Part shown: piece after piece, positions 1 to 14,445 of the stretch
Numbering within the stretch: the stretch's first letter is position 1
Layout of the letters: each line of letters begins with the position of its first letter
From: the human T2T-CHM13v2.0 reference genome, Homo sapiens
Reading direction: 5' to 3' (one strand)
DNA length: 64,000 nucleotides
Assembly: GCF_009914755.1 (NCBI RefSeq)
Contig: NC_060931.1
Translations under genes and position numbers: made by a program
Notes under the pieces: model-generated
The model's database searches: none
The model's input: only the letters and a program-made list of their open reading frames with translations
Told to the model about the DNA's origin: nothing

Positions 1-329
1 AATTGGGGGCAGAGGCAGAGGGGAGGCCGGGTCCCAGGCCTCATGACCCCGAGGGCCCAGCGCCTCACTGGGCCTCAGGTTTCCAGCTGCTGAAATACAC
101 CGCGGTGCTGACACCATCCCAGCGCCACTCCTGGCTCAGCCCTGTGTTCTGGAGGCGCGCCCAGCCAGCCTCCCTCCCAGCCTCGGTCTCCTCATCTCTG
201 AAATGGGCCGTAGCCCATGCAGGGCTGTAAGGGGGTTAATGTAACTCGGGACATGCAGTGGTCACCCCCAGAGACGCGCACCACCCAGATGGGAGTCTGA
301 GCCCCAGGCCTGGGCATGCCACGCTGACC

Positions 330-915
<586 letters not shown>

Positions 916-1324
916 GCAGCGATGTTTTCACGCCCCCTTTCTTTGCCTCTGTTTATTTGTAAAACTGCAAGGCTGCAGCAGGCAAAATACAGGACCCTCG
1001 TGCTCTAAGCTTGTCAGGTTCCAGCCTGGAGTTGGTCAGAGATCTTGAACCGACTCAACTTGCCGGAGGCTCAGTGTTCAGCGTCTCAGACTCTTGGAGG
1101 GTAAGGGGCAGGTTGGGGGTCTGGGGGTACCTGAAGCTGGCTGTGAAGGATGTCTAGGAATTGAAGAATGAGGATGGAGGGTGGAAAGCCGGGTGCACTG
1201 TGGGCAGGCAGAGTGGGTGGCCAAGGTGAGGGGGGGCACGCGGTGGGGCTGGCAGCGGCCGGAGAAGCCCAGGCTGGAGCTTAGTCCTCTCCCTGTGGGC
1301 CCTGGGGCCGTGGAAGAGGTTGTT

Positions 1325-1800
1325 TAGTTTTTACTCTGAAACCATCTCAAACACAAACAATATTGTAAGAATAGGCCAGGTGCCTTATGCCTGTAATTCC
1401 AGCACTTTGGGAGGCTGAGGTGGGAGAATTGCTTGAGCCCAGGAGTTTGAGACCAGCCTAGGTAACATAGCAAGACCCCATCTCTAAAAAAAAAAAAAAA
1501 AAAATTAGCTGGGTATGGTGATGGGTGCCTGTAGTCCCGGCTACTCAAGAGGCTGAGGTGGAAGGATTGCTTGAGCCTGGAAGTGGAGGCTACAGTGAGC
1601 TGAGATTGTGCCACTGTACTCCACCCTGGGGAACAGAATGGGAGCTTGTCTCAAAAGAAAAAAAAAGTATATATTCTTCCTATGTATAGTAAGAACAGTA
1701 CAAAGAACTTTGTCTTTCCTGAACCATTTTAGAATGTCTTGTTGACACAAGCTGCATTTTCCCCGAATACATGATACTCATTCTACAAAATCAGGAAACA
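1325..1800 (-). mobile_element. Old L1MC-type 3' fragment, interrupted by Alu
   Basis: aagaacagtacaaagaacttt...cctgaaccatttt...caaaatcaggaaa resembles antisense L1MC4/5 3' UTR. Confidence 0.5.
1374..1666 (+). mobile_element. AluJ
   Basis: Full dimer with A-rich linker and tail; J diagnostics. Confidence 0.92.
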
Positions 1801-1858
1801 CAGGCTGGGTGCTGGATTGAAGGGACTTTCTTTCCTTTTTCCAGTCCTATTGCAATCA

Positions 1859-2033
1859 TTTTTTTTTCTTTTTTTTCTTTTTTTTTTTGACAGGGTCTTC
1901 CTCTGTTGCCTGGGCTGGAGTGTAGTTGTGTGATCATAGCTCACTGCAGCCTCGACCTCCCGGGCTCAAGTGATCCTCTAGCCTCAGCCTCCCAAAGTGC
2001 TGGGACTAGAGGCGGGAGCCACCACACCCGGCC
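1859..2033 (-). mobile_element. Alu monomer (FRAM-like / left-right hybrid)
   Basis: Single arm: left-arm 5' end (cccagcactttgggagg) joined to a right-arm 3' end, with poly(T) on the + strand. Confidence 0.85.
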
Positions 2034-2039
2034 TTCTGG

Positions 2040-3034
<995 letters not shown>

Positions 3035-3039
3035 CAGGC

Positions 3040-3612
3040 TCACGACTCCCTTCTACTCCTCAGACCCCATTGCCCCAGAAACGCACTTCAGAGCAGAGGG
3101 ACCCGCACAGAGCCACACGAGACACACCAATGTCACGCCTCTCCCATGCCCCCTGCCCTGCCCGGGCCTCCCCCTGACCCCCAGGACCCCTGCGCTCTGG
3201 GAGGTAACAGGCCATTGCAGAGCGCGCCTGTCCTGGGATGTGTCTGCCGTCTCCTCTGCGTTGGTTTTGTAATTTGGAGGGAGCAGCCCAGAAGGACCCT
3301 GGTTCCTCTCTGGGGCATCCTCCCAGGTACGCCTGGTTTTGGCTGCGCCTTGACGGACGCTGTTCATTTTGATTCTTTGATTCAGGGGTGTCCGCCAGGT
3401 GTCCCTACTGTAAAGTGACTCTTTCCCCGTTGAGACTGGATATCCCGTTTGTCACCAAATTGTCCATCTCCCCACTTATTTATTCTCCGTTTCGGTATGG
3501 ACACCTGTTTCACTCACTGACTTAGAATCTGTGTGAATCATTTTCAACTTGGATGCACAAATGGTCCTAGTTTTGGCTGGAGGGAGCCCTCCAGGAGGTT
3601 CGTGTGTCCTTC
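3040..3612 (-). mobile_element. L1MC4/5-type 3' fragment, GC-shifted
   Basis: ttgattcaggggtgtccgccaggtgtccctactgtaaagtgactctttcccc and ggatgcacaaatggtcctagttttggctggagggagccc match antisense L1MC4-type sequence. Confidence 0.6.
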
Positions 3613-4067
3613 ACGGCGTCCCCGTCCCGTTCTGATACCTGCGTCCTGAGGCGTCCCCCTCACAGCTCACACGCGGGGTTCTGGGAGGGCCCACAGCTCC
3701 CGAGGTGTCAAAGCCACAGGACGACTTCTGGTGGGGAGTGCAGGTAGGGGGTGCGGCTCCGTTTCACCCCGACACAATCACACCCACCGATGCCGGCTGG
3801 AGGCACATGGTCCTTACAACGGGCCTGGGCCACGCCCACCGTCCCAGAATGTGACCTGTGGGACTCAGAAGGCAGCCCCCAGACAGGCTATGGTGCTGCC
3901 CACTCGGTCCCAGGAGGCCTACCTGGCACCTGTCCCAGACACGCAGGTCCAGGGACTGGGAGCAAGGATGTGTGTGCAAATGGGTGTGTGTGCTTAGCAT
4001 GTGAAAATGGGCGTGTGTGTTAACATGTGCACCCGGGCGAGGGAGCAAGTGAACTTGCAGAGGGATC

Positions 4068-5515
4068 CATGTGCGTGTCTGTGTGGGTGCATCTGATGTG
4101 TGCGTGTCTGTGTGGGTGCATCTGATGTGTGCGTGTCTGTGTGGGTGCATCTGATGTGTGCGTGTCTGTGTGGGTGCATCTGATGTGTGCGTGTCTGTGT
4201 GTGTGCATCTGATGTGTGTCTGTGTGTGTGCATCTGATGTGTGCGTGTCTGTGTGGGTGCATCTGATGTGTGCGTGTCTGTGTGGGTGCATCTGATGTGT
4301 GTGTGTCTGTGTGTGTGCATCTGATGTGTGTGTCTGTGTGTGTGCATCTGATGTGTGCGTGTCTGTGTGGGTGCATCTGATGTGTGTGTGTCTGTGTGTG
4401 TGCATCTGATGTGTGTGTCTGTGTGTGTGCATCTGATGTGTGCATGTCTGTATGGGTGCATCTGATGTGTGTGTGTCTGTGTGTGTGCATCTGATGTGGG
4501 TGTCTGTGTGTGTGCATCTGATGTGTGCGTGTCTGTGTGGGTGCATCTGATGTGTGCGTGTCTGTGTGGGTGCATGTGTGCGTGTCTGTGTGTGTGCATC
4601 TGATGTGGGTGTCTGTGTGTGTGCATCTGATGTGTGCGTGTCTGTGTGGGTGCATCTGATGTGTGCGTGTCTGTGTGGGTGCATGTGTGCGTGTCTGTGT
4701 GGGTGCATCTGATGTGTGCATGTCTGTATGGGTGCATCTGATGTGTGCGTGTGTGTGTGTGTGCATCTGATGTGTGTGTCTGTGTGGGTGCATCTGATGT
4801 GTGCGTGTCTGTGTGGGTGCATCTGATGTGTGTGTGTCTGTGTGTGTGCATCTGATGTGTGTGTCTGTGTGTGTGCATCTGATGTGTGCGTGTCTGTATG
4901 GGTGCATCTGATGTGTGTGTGTCTGTGTGTGTGCATCTGATGTGGGTGTCTGTGTGTGTGCATCTGATGTGTGCGTGTCTGTGTGGGTGCATCTGATGTG
5001 TGCGTGTCTGTGTGGGTGCATGTGTGCGTGTCTGTGTGGGTGCATCTGATGTGTGCGTGTCTGTGTGGGTGCATCTGATGTGTGCGCGTGTGTGTGTGTG
5101 CATCTGATGTGTGTGTCTGTGTGGGTGCATCTGATGTGTGCGTGTCTGTGTGGGTGCATCTGATGTGTGTGTGTCTGTGTGTGTGCATCTGATGTGTGTG
5201 TCTGTGTGTGTGCATCTGATGTGTGCGTGTCTGTATGGGTGCATCTGATGTGTGTGTGTCTGTGTGTGTGCATCTGATGTGGGTGTCTGTGTGTGTGCAT
5301 CTGATGTGTGCGTGTCTGTGTGGGTGCATCTGATGTGTGCGTGTCTGTGTGGGTGCATGTGTGCGTGTCTGTGTGGGTGCATCTGATGTGTGCGTGTCTG
5401 TATGGGTGCATCTGATGTGTGCGTGTCTGTGTGTGTGCATCTGATGTGTGTGTCTGTGTGGGTGCATCTGATGTGTGCGGGTCTGTGTGTGTGCATCTGA
5501 TGTGTGTGTCTGTGC
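4068..5515. repeat. 29-bp minisatellite/VNTR (GCATCTGATGTGTGCGTGTCTGTGTGGGT), about 51 units, with a 337-bp higher-order period
   Basis: Units start at 4089, 4118, 4147...; variants of 24, 25, 27 and 29 bp; the rare tgtatggg marker recurs at 4898 and 5235. Confidence 0.97.
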
Positions 5516-5599
5516 ACATTCCTGTGACCACGTTCATGTCGTGGTGGGAGCCTGAGGCTCTGGGGGGGTGGGGGAGGTGCCTGAGAGGGTGAACGTCCT

Positions 5600-5915
5600 T
5601 GCACACGTGCTTGGGTGTGCTCACGCCTGAGCGTGTGTTCACTGAAGTCCTGGGTGTGGCGTGCCCGCCTGCGTGTGTGCACACATGTGCAAGCGTGGGT
5701 AAGCATGTCAAGTGCGTGCAAGCGTGTCTGTGTGAGAGGCATGCATGTGTGTACAATCATGTGTGTGTGTCCGTGTGTGAGTGCATGCATGTGTGTACAA
5801 GCATGTGCATGTGTGTAAGCGTGTGCATGTGCAACCTCAGGTAACTGTCACGTGGGAGGTGCTCATTGTGTCTGAGTGCACACGTGCTTGCCTGCATGTG
5901 GACATGTGTGTGCAT
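5600..5915. repeat. Degenerate (TG/CA)-rich low-complexity tract
   Basis: Repeated gtgtgcatgt / gcacacgtg motifs. Confidence 0.75.
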
Positions 5916-7934
5916 GGGCAGTGGTGCCCAGAGGGCATGGGAGGGGGCGCTGCAGACCCTGAGGAGCTCCCCACCCCCTGAAGACGCTGACCATTGCCCC
6001 CTGACTGTGGCAGTCAGACTCTGCCCCGCAACAGCCTGGGCTGGGGTTGGGCCTGGCCCCAGCTGGACTTTGCTGCCATTGGGGGAGGGGATGCAGCAGA
6101 CCCGACAGCTGGGGCCGAGTGGGGGGACCTGGTTCCCCCTGGGGCTGAGGCCCCCTCCAGGCTGTTCTAAGGCTGCTCCCAGCTGAGGCAGCAACATCTC
6201 CCACCCAGGATTGAGAAGGAGGGACTAGAGCTGGGCCTGGGGGTCAGGCAGAGCTGGGACTACAGGGCCTGGGGGCTTGCGCTGAGGGGTCTGTGGGACC
6301 AGGGGCCTGGGGAGGGGGCCTCCCTGGGCTCTAGAAGCTTCCATGTTCCTGACTTCCATGGGGACAAACAGCTTTGCCTAGGGCTGGTGGGGAGGGCCTG
6401 AGGGTGCCACCCACTCCGCCCTGGGGGGAGCCGGCCTGGGGCACGGAGAGGCTGTTTCCGCTCCGAGGAGGCCTGCTGGGCCCCAGCCGTAGGCGCCGCG
6501 CTCTCCGTGGCCCGCAGGATGGGAAGGACCATCGATCCTCCAGGCGGGGGGCAGTGGTGCTGGGAGCCACGTCCCCATCGACTGCGCGGTCTGTGCTCAG
6601 TTCCTAATTGGCAGGGCCGGCTGCGTGAGTCTGTCTGGGAGCCCAGAACGCTGGCCACTCCCCCCACCGCTTGAGGGGCAGTGTTGGGAGCCAGGACCGG
6701 ACACTGGTGTCCTGCCCCTTGGGCAGCTGGTCAAGGCCTCCTGGATTTGGAAGGAAAAACTCCCAAAGGAGGGTGGTCAGCGGCTCAGGGGACCCAGTGA
6801 CGGGGACAACACAAGGGAGGGGTCAGTCCCCCACCCAAACTGAGCCCAGGGCAGCAGGAGCCTCCCACGGGGGCGGGGGACAGACCGGGAGATCAGGAGA
6901 CCAGGCCTGTGGTGAGGGGCTCGGGAGAAACAGAGGAGTGGATTGCGTGTCGGGAGGAAGGGAGGTGGGGCGGCCCCAGAGCAGGGCCAGGGTTGGGACC
7001 ATCGCTGTAGGCCCAGGACGGCAGTCACTTCCCTGTGGGGGTGAGGCCCCACTTGTGTCCCGAGGGGAGCCCTGAGGGCTTGGGCAAGAGATAGAGGGTG
7101 GCCTGGAGCTGCCTGGAAGATGCTGAGCTGTCCGTCTCTGGGGGGCGTGCAAGGGGAGGCCCTGAGAGGGGACCCTGCCCTGAGTGCGCAGGAGTTCGAG
7201 TGGATGAGGCAGACCTCAGAAGCGTCCCCAAGGGCCACTCTGCTGAGCAATTATGACGGCGGGGCCAGAAAGCCAGGCCCTTCTCCCCGGAGAGCCCTCC
7301 TGAAGAGATGCTTGCAAGCTGAGGCCCGACGGGGCTCCCTACTCCCTGCCAGGCTCACTGCCTGCCTGGTTGCTGGCCCCTCAACCCAGTCCCCCCAGAA
7401 TCCAGCTGCCCCCAGTCAGGCCAGCCACTGCCTAGTGTGGCCACCAGTGACAACAGACACCCCACAACCTGAGCCTCAGACGGAGCATGAACCCCGGAGG
7501 GCGGCAGGACCCTCCTTGGCCCCCGGACGTGGCAGCCTGGTGTCCAGGTGTCCCTCCCTCCAGCTCCCCCCTGCTCCTGCCCCCAGGTCCCCCGCCCTCC
7601 CTCACCCCCGATGCCGGCAGCCCGCCTGGGTCCTGGGAGCCCAGCCCACTCAGGTCCCCCTCAGCCCTCCTACCATGCGGCCCAGACCCCAGGACTCTCG
7701 CTGCAGAAGGAAGGGAAGCATTCGCTGAGGTCAGACTATGGCTGGAGAGGCCCCACGCTGGCTGCTGGCCGTGGGCAGGGGCGCTGGGGCCACCTCCTGC
7801 CAGCTGGGACCCATCCGTGGGAGCTGACTATCCGCAGCTCTGCCCGGCTCCGTGCTCGGCCACCCCAGTTCGGCAGCTGGACATCGGCTGGGAGGGAGTG
7901 CTTGCACCACGGAACCTGGCAAACGCAGCATCCC

Positions 7935-8110
7935 AGGGCTTTATTTCCTGAGAGCGTTTACCAGCAGCAAGCAACACGCCAAAGCCTTATTTTGCTTCCG
8001 GCAAACTTGCCTAGTGGCTCATCTACTCCCATGTTCTGGATGGGGAAACTGAGGCCCAGAGAGGAGCAGGGGTGCCCGGAGCCTGCAGCCATCGCAGAGG
8101 GCAAGGTGGC
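7935..8110 (-). mobile_element. MIR fragment
   Basis: MIR core: cccatgttctggatggggaaactgaggcccagagagg. Confidence 0.7.
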
Positions 8111-8199
8111 TGAGTTGAAGCTGTTCCTGCCCCTGCCAGACAGCAGGGAGACCCCTGGGCCCCTCCACGCGCCTCCCACCCGGGGCTGGCCAGGGGCAC

Positions 8200-9030
8200 C
8201 CGTCTCGCCCACTGCCCCAGACAGGTGCGCGGCCGCCCTGCCCACTCGCGGGCCCGCGGGCCCTGCCGGCCCATAAATCAGCCGCTAATCCTTCCCCTCC
8301 GCCGGCCTCTCGTGGGGCGTGATGGATGGGTTCCCGGCCTCGCCGACTGCTGTGAAATCACTCAGCAGCCAGGCAAGCCCCTAAATCTGACGCACAGAGT
8401 GTTGAAAGGAAGGATGTCTGTTTTCATAACCTACCTCAGTTACAATAAATATTTAAAATGCACATTAACATCCTCGGGCCGCACAATCGGCCTCTGTGGC
8501 CCCGGCCCGTGCAGATTTAATTAGGCCCCGGCTTCCCCTGCCGGCCGCGCTCGCCCGTGGACGGAAGGCCCCTGTTTTCTTAAACTCCCAGCCCGCCATA
8601 AATATCGGCCTCGCGCAGCTGAGCTGAAACAGAGGCTTTTTGTCTGCGTGGCCGCCCTCCGCTGGCCTCTCGGCTGGGCCTGGCAGGGAGGGCCCCCAGC
8701 GCCAGGCGGTGGGGGCGGCAGGGGCCCGGCGGGGTCTCTGGGCTTGTGAGTGCTGGGGGTGAGTCCCTGGGTGTCCTGGCTGCGGTGAGCCCCGGCTGGG
8801 GTCCCCCAAGTGCTCCCCAGTACCAGAGGCGTTGGGAAGAGCTGGGGAACTCCAGAAATAAAGGGAGAGCCAGCCTCCAGCGTGGAGCGGCCGACGGGCC
8901 AGTGCTGCCCAGTGGTTCTTGTGCCCTGGACCCCAACGGCGGCATCCTGGGGCGGCAGGTACCCCGTCCGGTAGCGCGAAGCCGAGTCGTCAGGGCCCGT
9001 CCAGTGCCCTGGGGCCAGGTCCTGGGCTAA
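8200..9030. promoter_or_regulatory. CpG-rich segment containing a homeodomain-motif island (candidate enhancer / orphan CpG island)
   Basis: High CpG density; CCATAAATCA 8271-8280, TAATCC 8286, TAATTA 8518, CCATAAAT 8596; non-repetitive. Confidence 0.55.
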
Positions 9031-9074
9031 GCACCTTCCTGTGACCCGCTCAGAGGAACCCCTGGCAGTGGGGA

Positions 9075-9191
9075 TGGCGTCACCCCCATTTGAGAGATGA
9101 GGAGACTGAGGCTCAGAGGGGGGACGCGGCTTGCCCGAGTCACACTGATTGAGAGGGGCAGACCTGGATTCGTCTGCAGCCCAAGCTCTTA
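9075..9191 (-). mobile_element. MIR
   Basis: cccatttgagagatgaggagactgaggctcagag...ttgcccgagtcacac...cctggattc. Confidence 0.75.
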
Positions 9192-9949
9192 GAGACCCCG
9201 GTGTGGCCTGCCGGGCAGCCAGCTTGTCCACAGCCTCACTCGTTTGTTCCTTCCTTCCTTCCTTCATTTGTTCATTTACCAGGAGTTTCTTCTCTCTCCC
9301 TCGCTCCCACCTGTCTTTGTTTTTTCAGGCATCTGACTCTGCCGCCCCCGGGAAGCGCCTCCCTGGGGCCCCACCCCGCTCTCTGGCTGGTGCAGAGGCT
9401 CCTCCTGAATGGGGTACCCAGCCGAGCACAGGCCTAGAGGCGGGAAAGCTTCTGGGGCTACAGGGCACAGGCAGGGGCTGGGAGGGGCAGGGGGTGGAGG
9501 GGACACTGGCCTTGGTTCTGGAGGCCCCGAATGCCAGGACGAGGCTGCCTGCCTGTCTCTGGTAGGGTTAGGAGCAAGAAGCGGGCAGAATGGAGATGGG
9601 AAGGGGCTGGGGTGGGGCCAGGCTGGCATGGAGGATGCCAGGAGTTCTCCCTGGAGGAGGTGGCTGCAGGGAGTCCCGCTTGCCCTGTCCTCTACTGTCT
9701 CGGCTCCCCAGGAAGGCGTCTCCGCAGCCCCAGCCTCACAGCCTCCAGGAGGTGCGGAACTGGCTGAGCTTTTCCAAGCTGTGGACGGGTCCCCCTTGGG
9801 CCGGCGAGGACCCCAGGCTGTAAACACACGGCTGGAATCAGCGCTCTGGGCACTGGGCTGAGGCTAAAGGAAGCGACCCAGGCCTGCCTTCTTTGGCCTC
9901 ATGTGGTGGGGAAACTGAGGCCCAGGCCAGGGCTGCCTAACACACAGGT

Positions 9950-10400
9950 GGCCGAGTGTGCAGCCCCTGGTACCTGTGAGTATGGCCCTACTAGGAAATG
10001 AGGTCTCTGCAAATGACCAGGTGACTGTGGCTATGGGGGGTTCCGTCTAAGGTGACGGCTGTCCTCAGGAGAGGATGTGGCTATGGGAGGTTCCGTCTAA
10101 GGTGACGGCTGTCCTCAGGAGAGGATGGGGAAGTCGGACTCGGAGACACAGGGAAGAATGCTTCGTAAAGACAGGCAGAGACCCCGGAGCACCAGGTCTG
10201 CATGGTGAGGCCCACCCAGGAGTGCCGGCAGCCCCGGGGGTTGCAGGGGGCCTGGAGCTGGGCCCCCCAGAGGGAGGAGGGAACCAGCCCTGCCAACGCC
10301 TGGTCTCGGACTTGGCCTCCAGAACGGTGACGGCCAATTCCTGTGGCCTGAGGCTCCCGAGTTTGCGGCATTTTGTTCCAGCTTCCCACAAACCAGTGCC
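9950..10400 (+). mobile_element. MLT1B/C-type LTR with an internal 50-bp tandem duplication
   Basis: ccctggtacctgtgagtatggccctactaggaaatgaggtctctgc ... gaaccagccctgccaacgcctggtctcggacttggcctccagaac ... tttgcggcattttgtt. Confidence 0.7.
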
Positions 10401-10563
10401 ATGGCTCAGCCTGGGCGCCGCCGGGTGCAGGTCCTTCCGTGACATCCTATAGCTCCGAGGCCGGCGGGAGAACCCAGAAGGTCTCCAGCAGGCCGGGCCT
10501 GGGGCTCCGCCCAGAGTTTGAGAGGGTTTTGGCCTCTGGATTGCAAAGCACATGGAGGAGGCT

Positions 10564-10623
10564 GAGGGGATGGGAGAGTGCGGCCCCCAGGGAGGGGATG
10601 GGGGAGTGCGGCCCCCAGGGAGG
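10564..10623. repeat. 28-bp two-copy tandem duplication
   Basis: gaggggatgggRgagtgcggcccccagg x2, one mismatch. Confidence 0.85.
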
Positions 10624-11619
10624 AAAGCCTTTGCACCCCAGGCCTAGCCCCCCGGCCTGACTCTCCCAGATGTCACCAGGTAGGGGCAGTGTTCAGAGTC
10701 CTTTCTTGGGGCTGCAAGGTCCATGGTGTGGCCCAGGGCGTGGGTACCAGGGCCCCCCATGCAGGTCAGTGTGAGGCCAGCTGCGATGCGCGATGCACTG
10801 CCCTCCGCCCCATCCAGGTGCCCCAAGGGTACGGCCGGCATTTAAGGGCCCTCGCTTCCTGGGGGTGTGTACGTGGCTGCTGCTCTCCGCTCCCCTGGGC
10901 TGGGGTCTCACCGCCCTGCTCCTCTGCTGTCCCTGAGGGCTGGCTGGGTGCTTCCTGGGTTCAAGTCCAGACGCGGCTTGCTGGCAGTGTGGTCAGGGTG
11001 GGTCTCCAACTCTTCAACTCCAGGTCCCTGCTCTTTGGACGGGGCCTCTGGGGAGGGCCCGGAATGTGACATTGAGATGTGCTGCCCCTGAAGCACTCCA
11101 CGTCTCAGTGGCTTCAGATATCGATTTTGCTCACAAACCGGGGACTTGGCAGGGCCAGCTTGTCTCTGCGGCAGCTGGGAGTTGGGGCGGAGGCTGGATC
11201 CAGGCAAAGGCTCTTCGCTTCCACGTCGGGTCACGAGGTCCAGGGCTGTGTGGCCTGGGCCTCCTCACAGCATAGAGGCCGGGTCCCAGGGCAGATGGGA
11301 GTGGCAGGGCCTTCTCCCACTCCGCTCGGGCACCTCAGAGCTTTCCCTCCCCCACACACTGGCCATTAGAAAGGAGGCACCGAGCCTGCCCATCTTCCAG
11401 GCAGGGAAAGCAGAGGTCTCTCTCTCGATGGCAGAGGCCAGTTCCAGACGGGTGTGTGGGAGGAAGATGCAGCCATGGCCGACTTTGGAGAATACTCTCG
11501 GACGCATGAGGTGCTGTGGCCACGTATAGTGCTCGGGGTCCAGGCGCGACCCCAACCACTGCCCCTGATGATGCCCCAGCGGCCCCCCACTGCCCCCCAG
11601 CCCGCCCTCCTCCAGGCCC

Positions 11620-11935
11620 TGCCCCTCCTTCCAACCACAGGGCCCTGGAGCCTGCTGCTGCCTCTGCCGTCCCTCCTATGCTCCCCTAGTTCACTCCCAC
11701 TCTCCCCAGTCACCTCCTCAGGGAAGCCCTCCCTGACCTCCCCAGATCCTCCTTTCACAGCCCCACTCGAGGCTCCTGAGCTTCTTCAGAGCACAGGGCA
11801 GGCTGCAGGCCTGCATTATATTGAAGTATTATTATTATTCGATGTCTGTCCCCACACTCCTAGCCAGCCTCCACCCAGACTGTAGGCTCTAGCCCTTAGC
11901 ATGGGGCCGGCATTCAGTACGTGTGGACACATCAT
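11620..11935 (+). mobile_element. L2 fragment
   Basis: cagtcacctcctcagggaagccctccctgacc ... cagactgtaggctc ... cattcagta resembles the L2 3' region. Confidence 0.6.
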
Positions 11936-12012
11936 TACCTGTGCATATTCTACACATCATTATATTTTATTATATATGTGTCTGTAATATATCTACATAT
12001 ATTATTCTGTTA

Positions 12013-12696
<684 letters not shown>

Positions 12697-12724
12697 CTAT
12701 ATGTATGTCTATATAGAGGTCTAG

Positions 12725-13491
<767 letters not shown>

Positions 13492-14140
13492 TATGTATAT
13501 ATGCATATGTATATATGTATATGTGTATACATGTGTCTATATATGTACATATCTATGCATATATGTATATGTGCATATGTATATGTGTTTATGTACATGC
13601 ACATATGTATATATGTATATGGAGATATGTATGTGTATGTGTATATGTATATATGTCTATATATGGATATGGATATATGTGTATGTATATGTGTATATGT
13701 ACATATGTATATGTCTATATATGTATTTGTGTATGTGTATATATGTCTATATATGTATATGTTTATATGTATATGTATATATGTGTATACATGCATGTGT
13801 ATGTCTGTATATATGTGTATATGTATGTGTATGTATATATGCATATGTGTATATATGTGTATGTGTATATGTATGTGTATATGTATATGTGTATATGTAT
13901 ACATGTGTATAAGTATGTATATGTATAGTATAGTCTATATATGTATATGTCTATATATAGGTACATGTATATATGCATACGTATATATGTATATGTGTTT
14001 ATGCATATGTGTATATGTATATATGTTTATGTATATGTGTATATGTCTATATATGTGTGTATGTGTGTGTATATGTATATGTGTATGTATGTATATGTGT
14101 ATATGTATATGTGTATATGTATGTGCGTATATATGTATAT
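13492..14140. repeat. Degenerate (TA/TG)n expansion (also 11940-12030 and 12643-12716)
   Basis: Continuous tatatgtgtatatgta-type tract. Confidence 0.95.
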
Positions 14141-14445
14141 AAGAGAGACTTATTGTAGTCATCAGCTGCTGTGATCGTGGGGCTGGCAGGCAAGTCCCAG
14201 ATCTGCACAACCACCCTCCAGGAAGGGCAGACTGGACGTGGGTCCAGGAGCAGAGCTGCTGTCCACAGGTGGACTCTCTCCTTCCTCTGGGAGCTTTGGT
14301 GCTGCCCTTACTGCCTGCAGCTGACTAGACCAGGCCCACCCGGCTAACCAGGGTCATTTCCTGGACCTAAAGTCGCCGGACCGTAGGTGTCCGCCGTATC
14401 TACAGGGCACCTTGCACAATGCCAGGGCCAGCGTTTGCTGCAGTC
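14141..14445 (-). mobile_element. MLT2 (ERVL) LTR fragment
   Basis: gagacttattg...gtgatcgtggggctggcaggcaagtcccagatctgc...gactagaccaggcccacc, following a TA tract as in MLT2. Confidence 0.6.

Noticed and set aside
3764-5790. Three long minus-strand ORFs (567, 598, 578 aa), His/Thr-rich
   Set aside because: All three frames are open because the repeat unit lacks stops on that strand. Units of 29 bp shift frame constantly, so there is no codon-level constraint.
5935-5955. CTCF-like AGGGGGCGCTG (and a similar site near 54105-54120)
   Set aside because: Only half of the core matches; expected by chance at this GC content without a PWM score or ChIP data.
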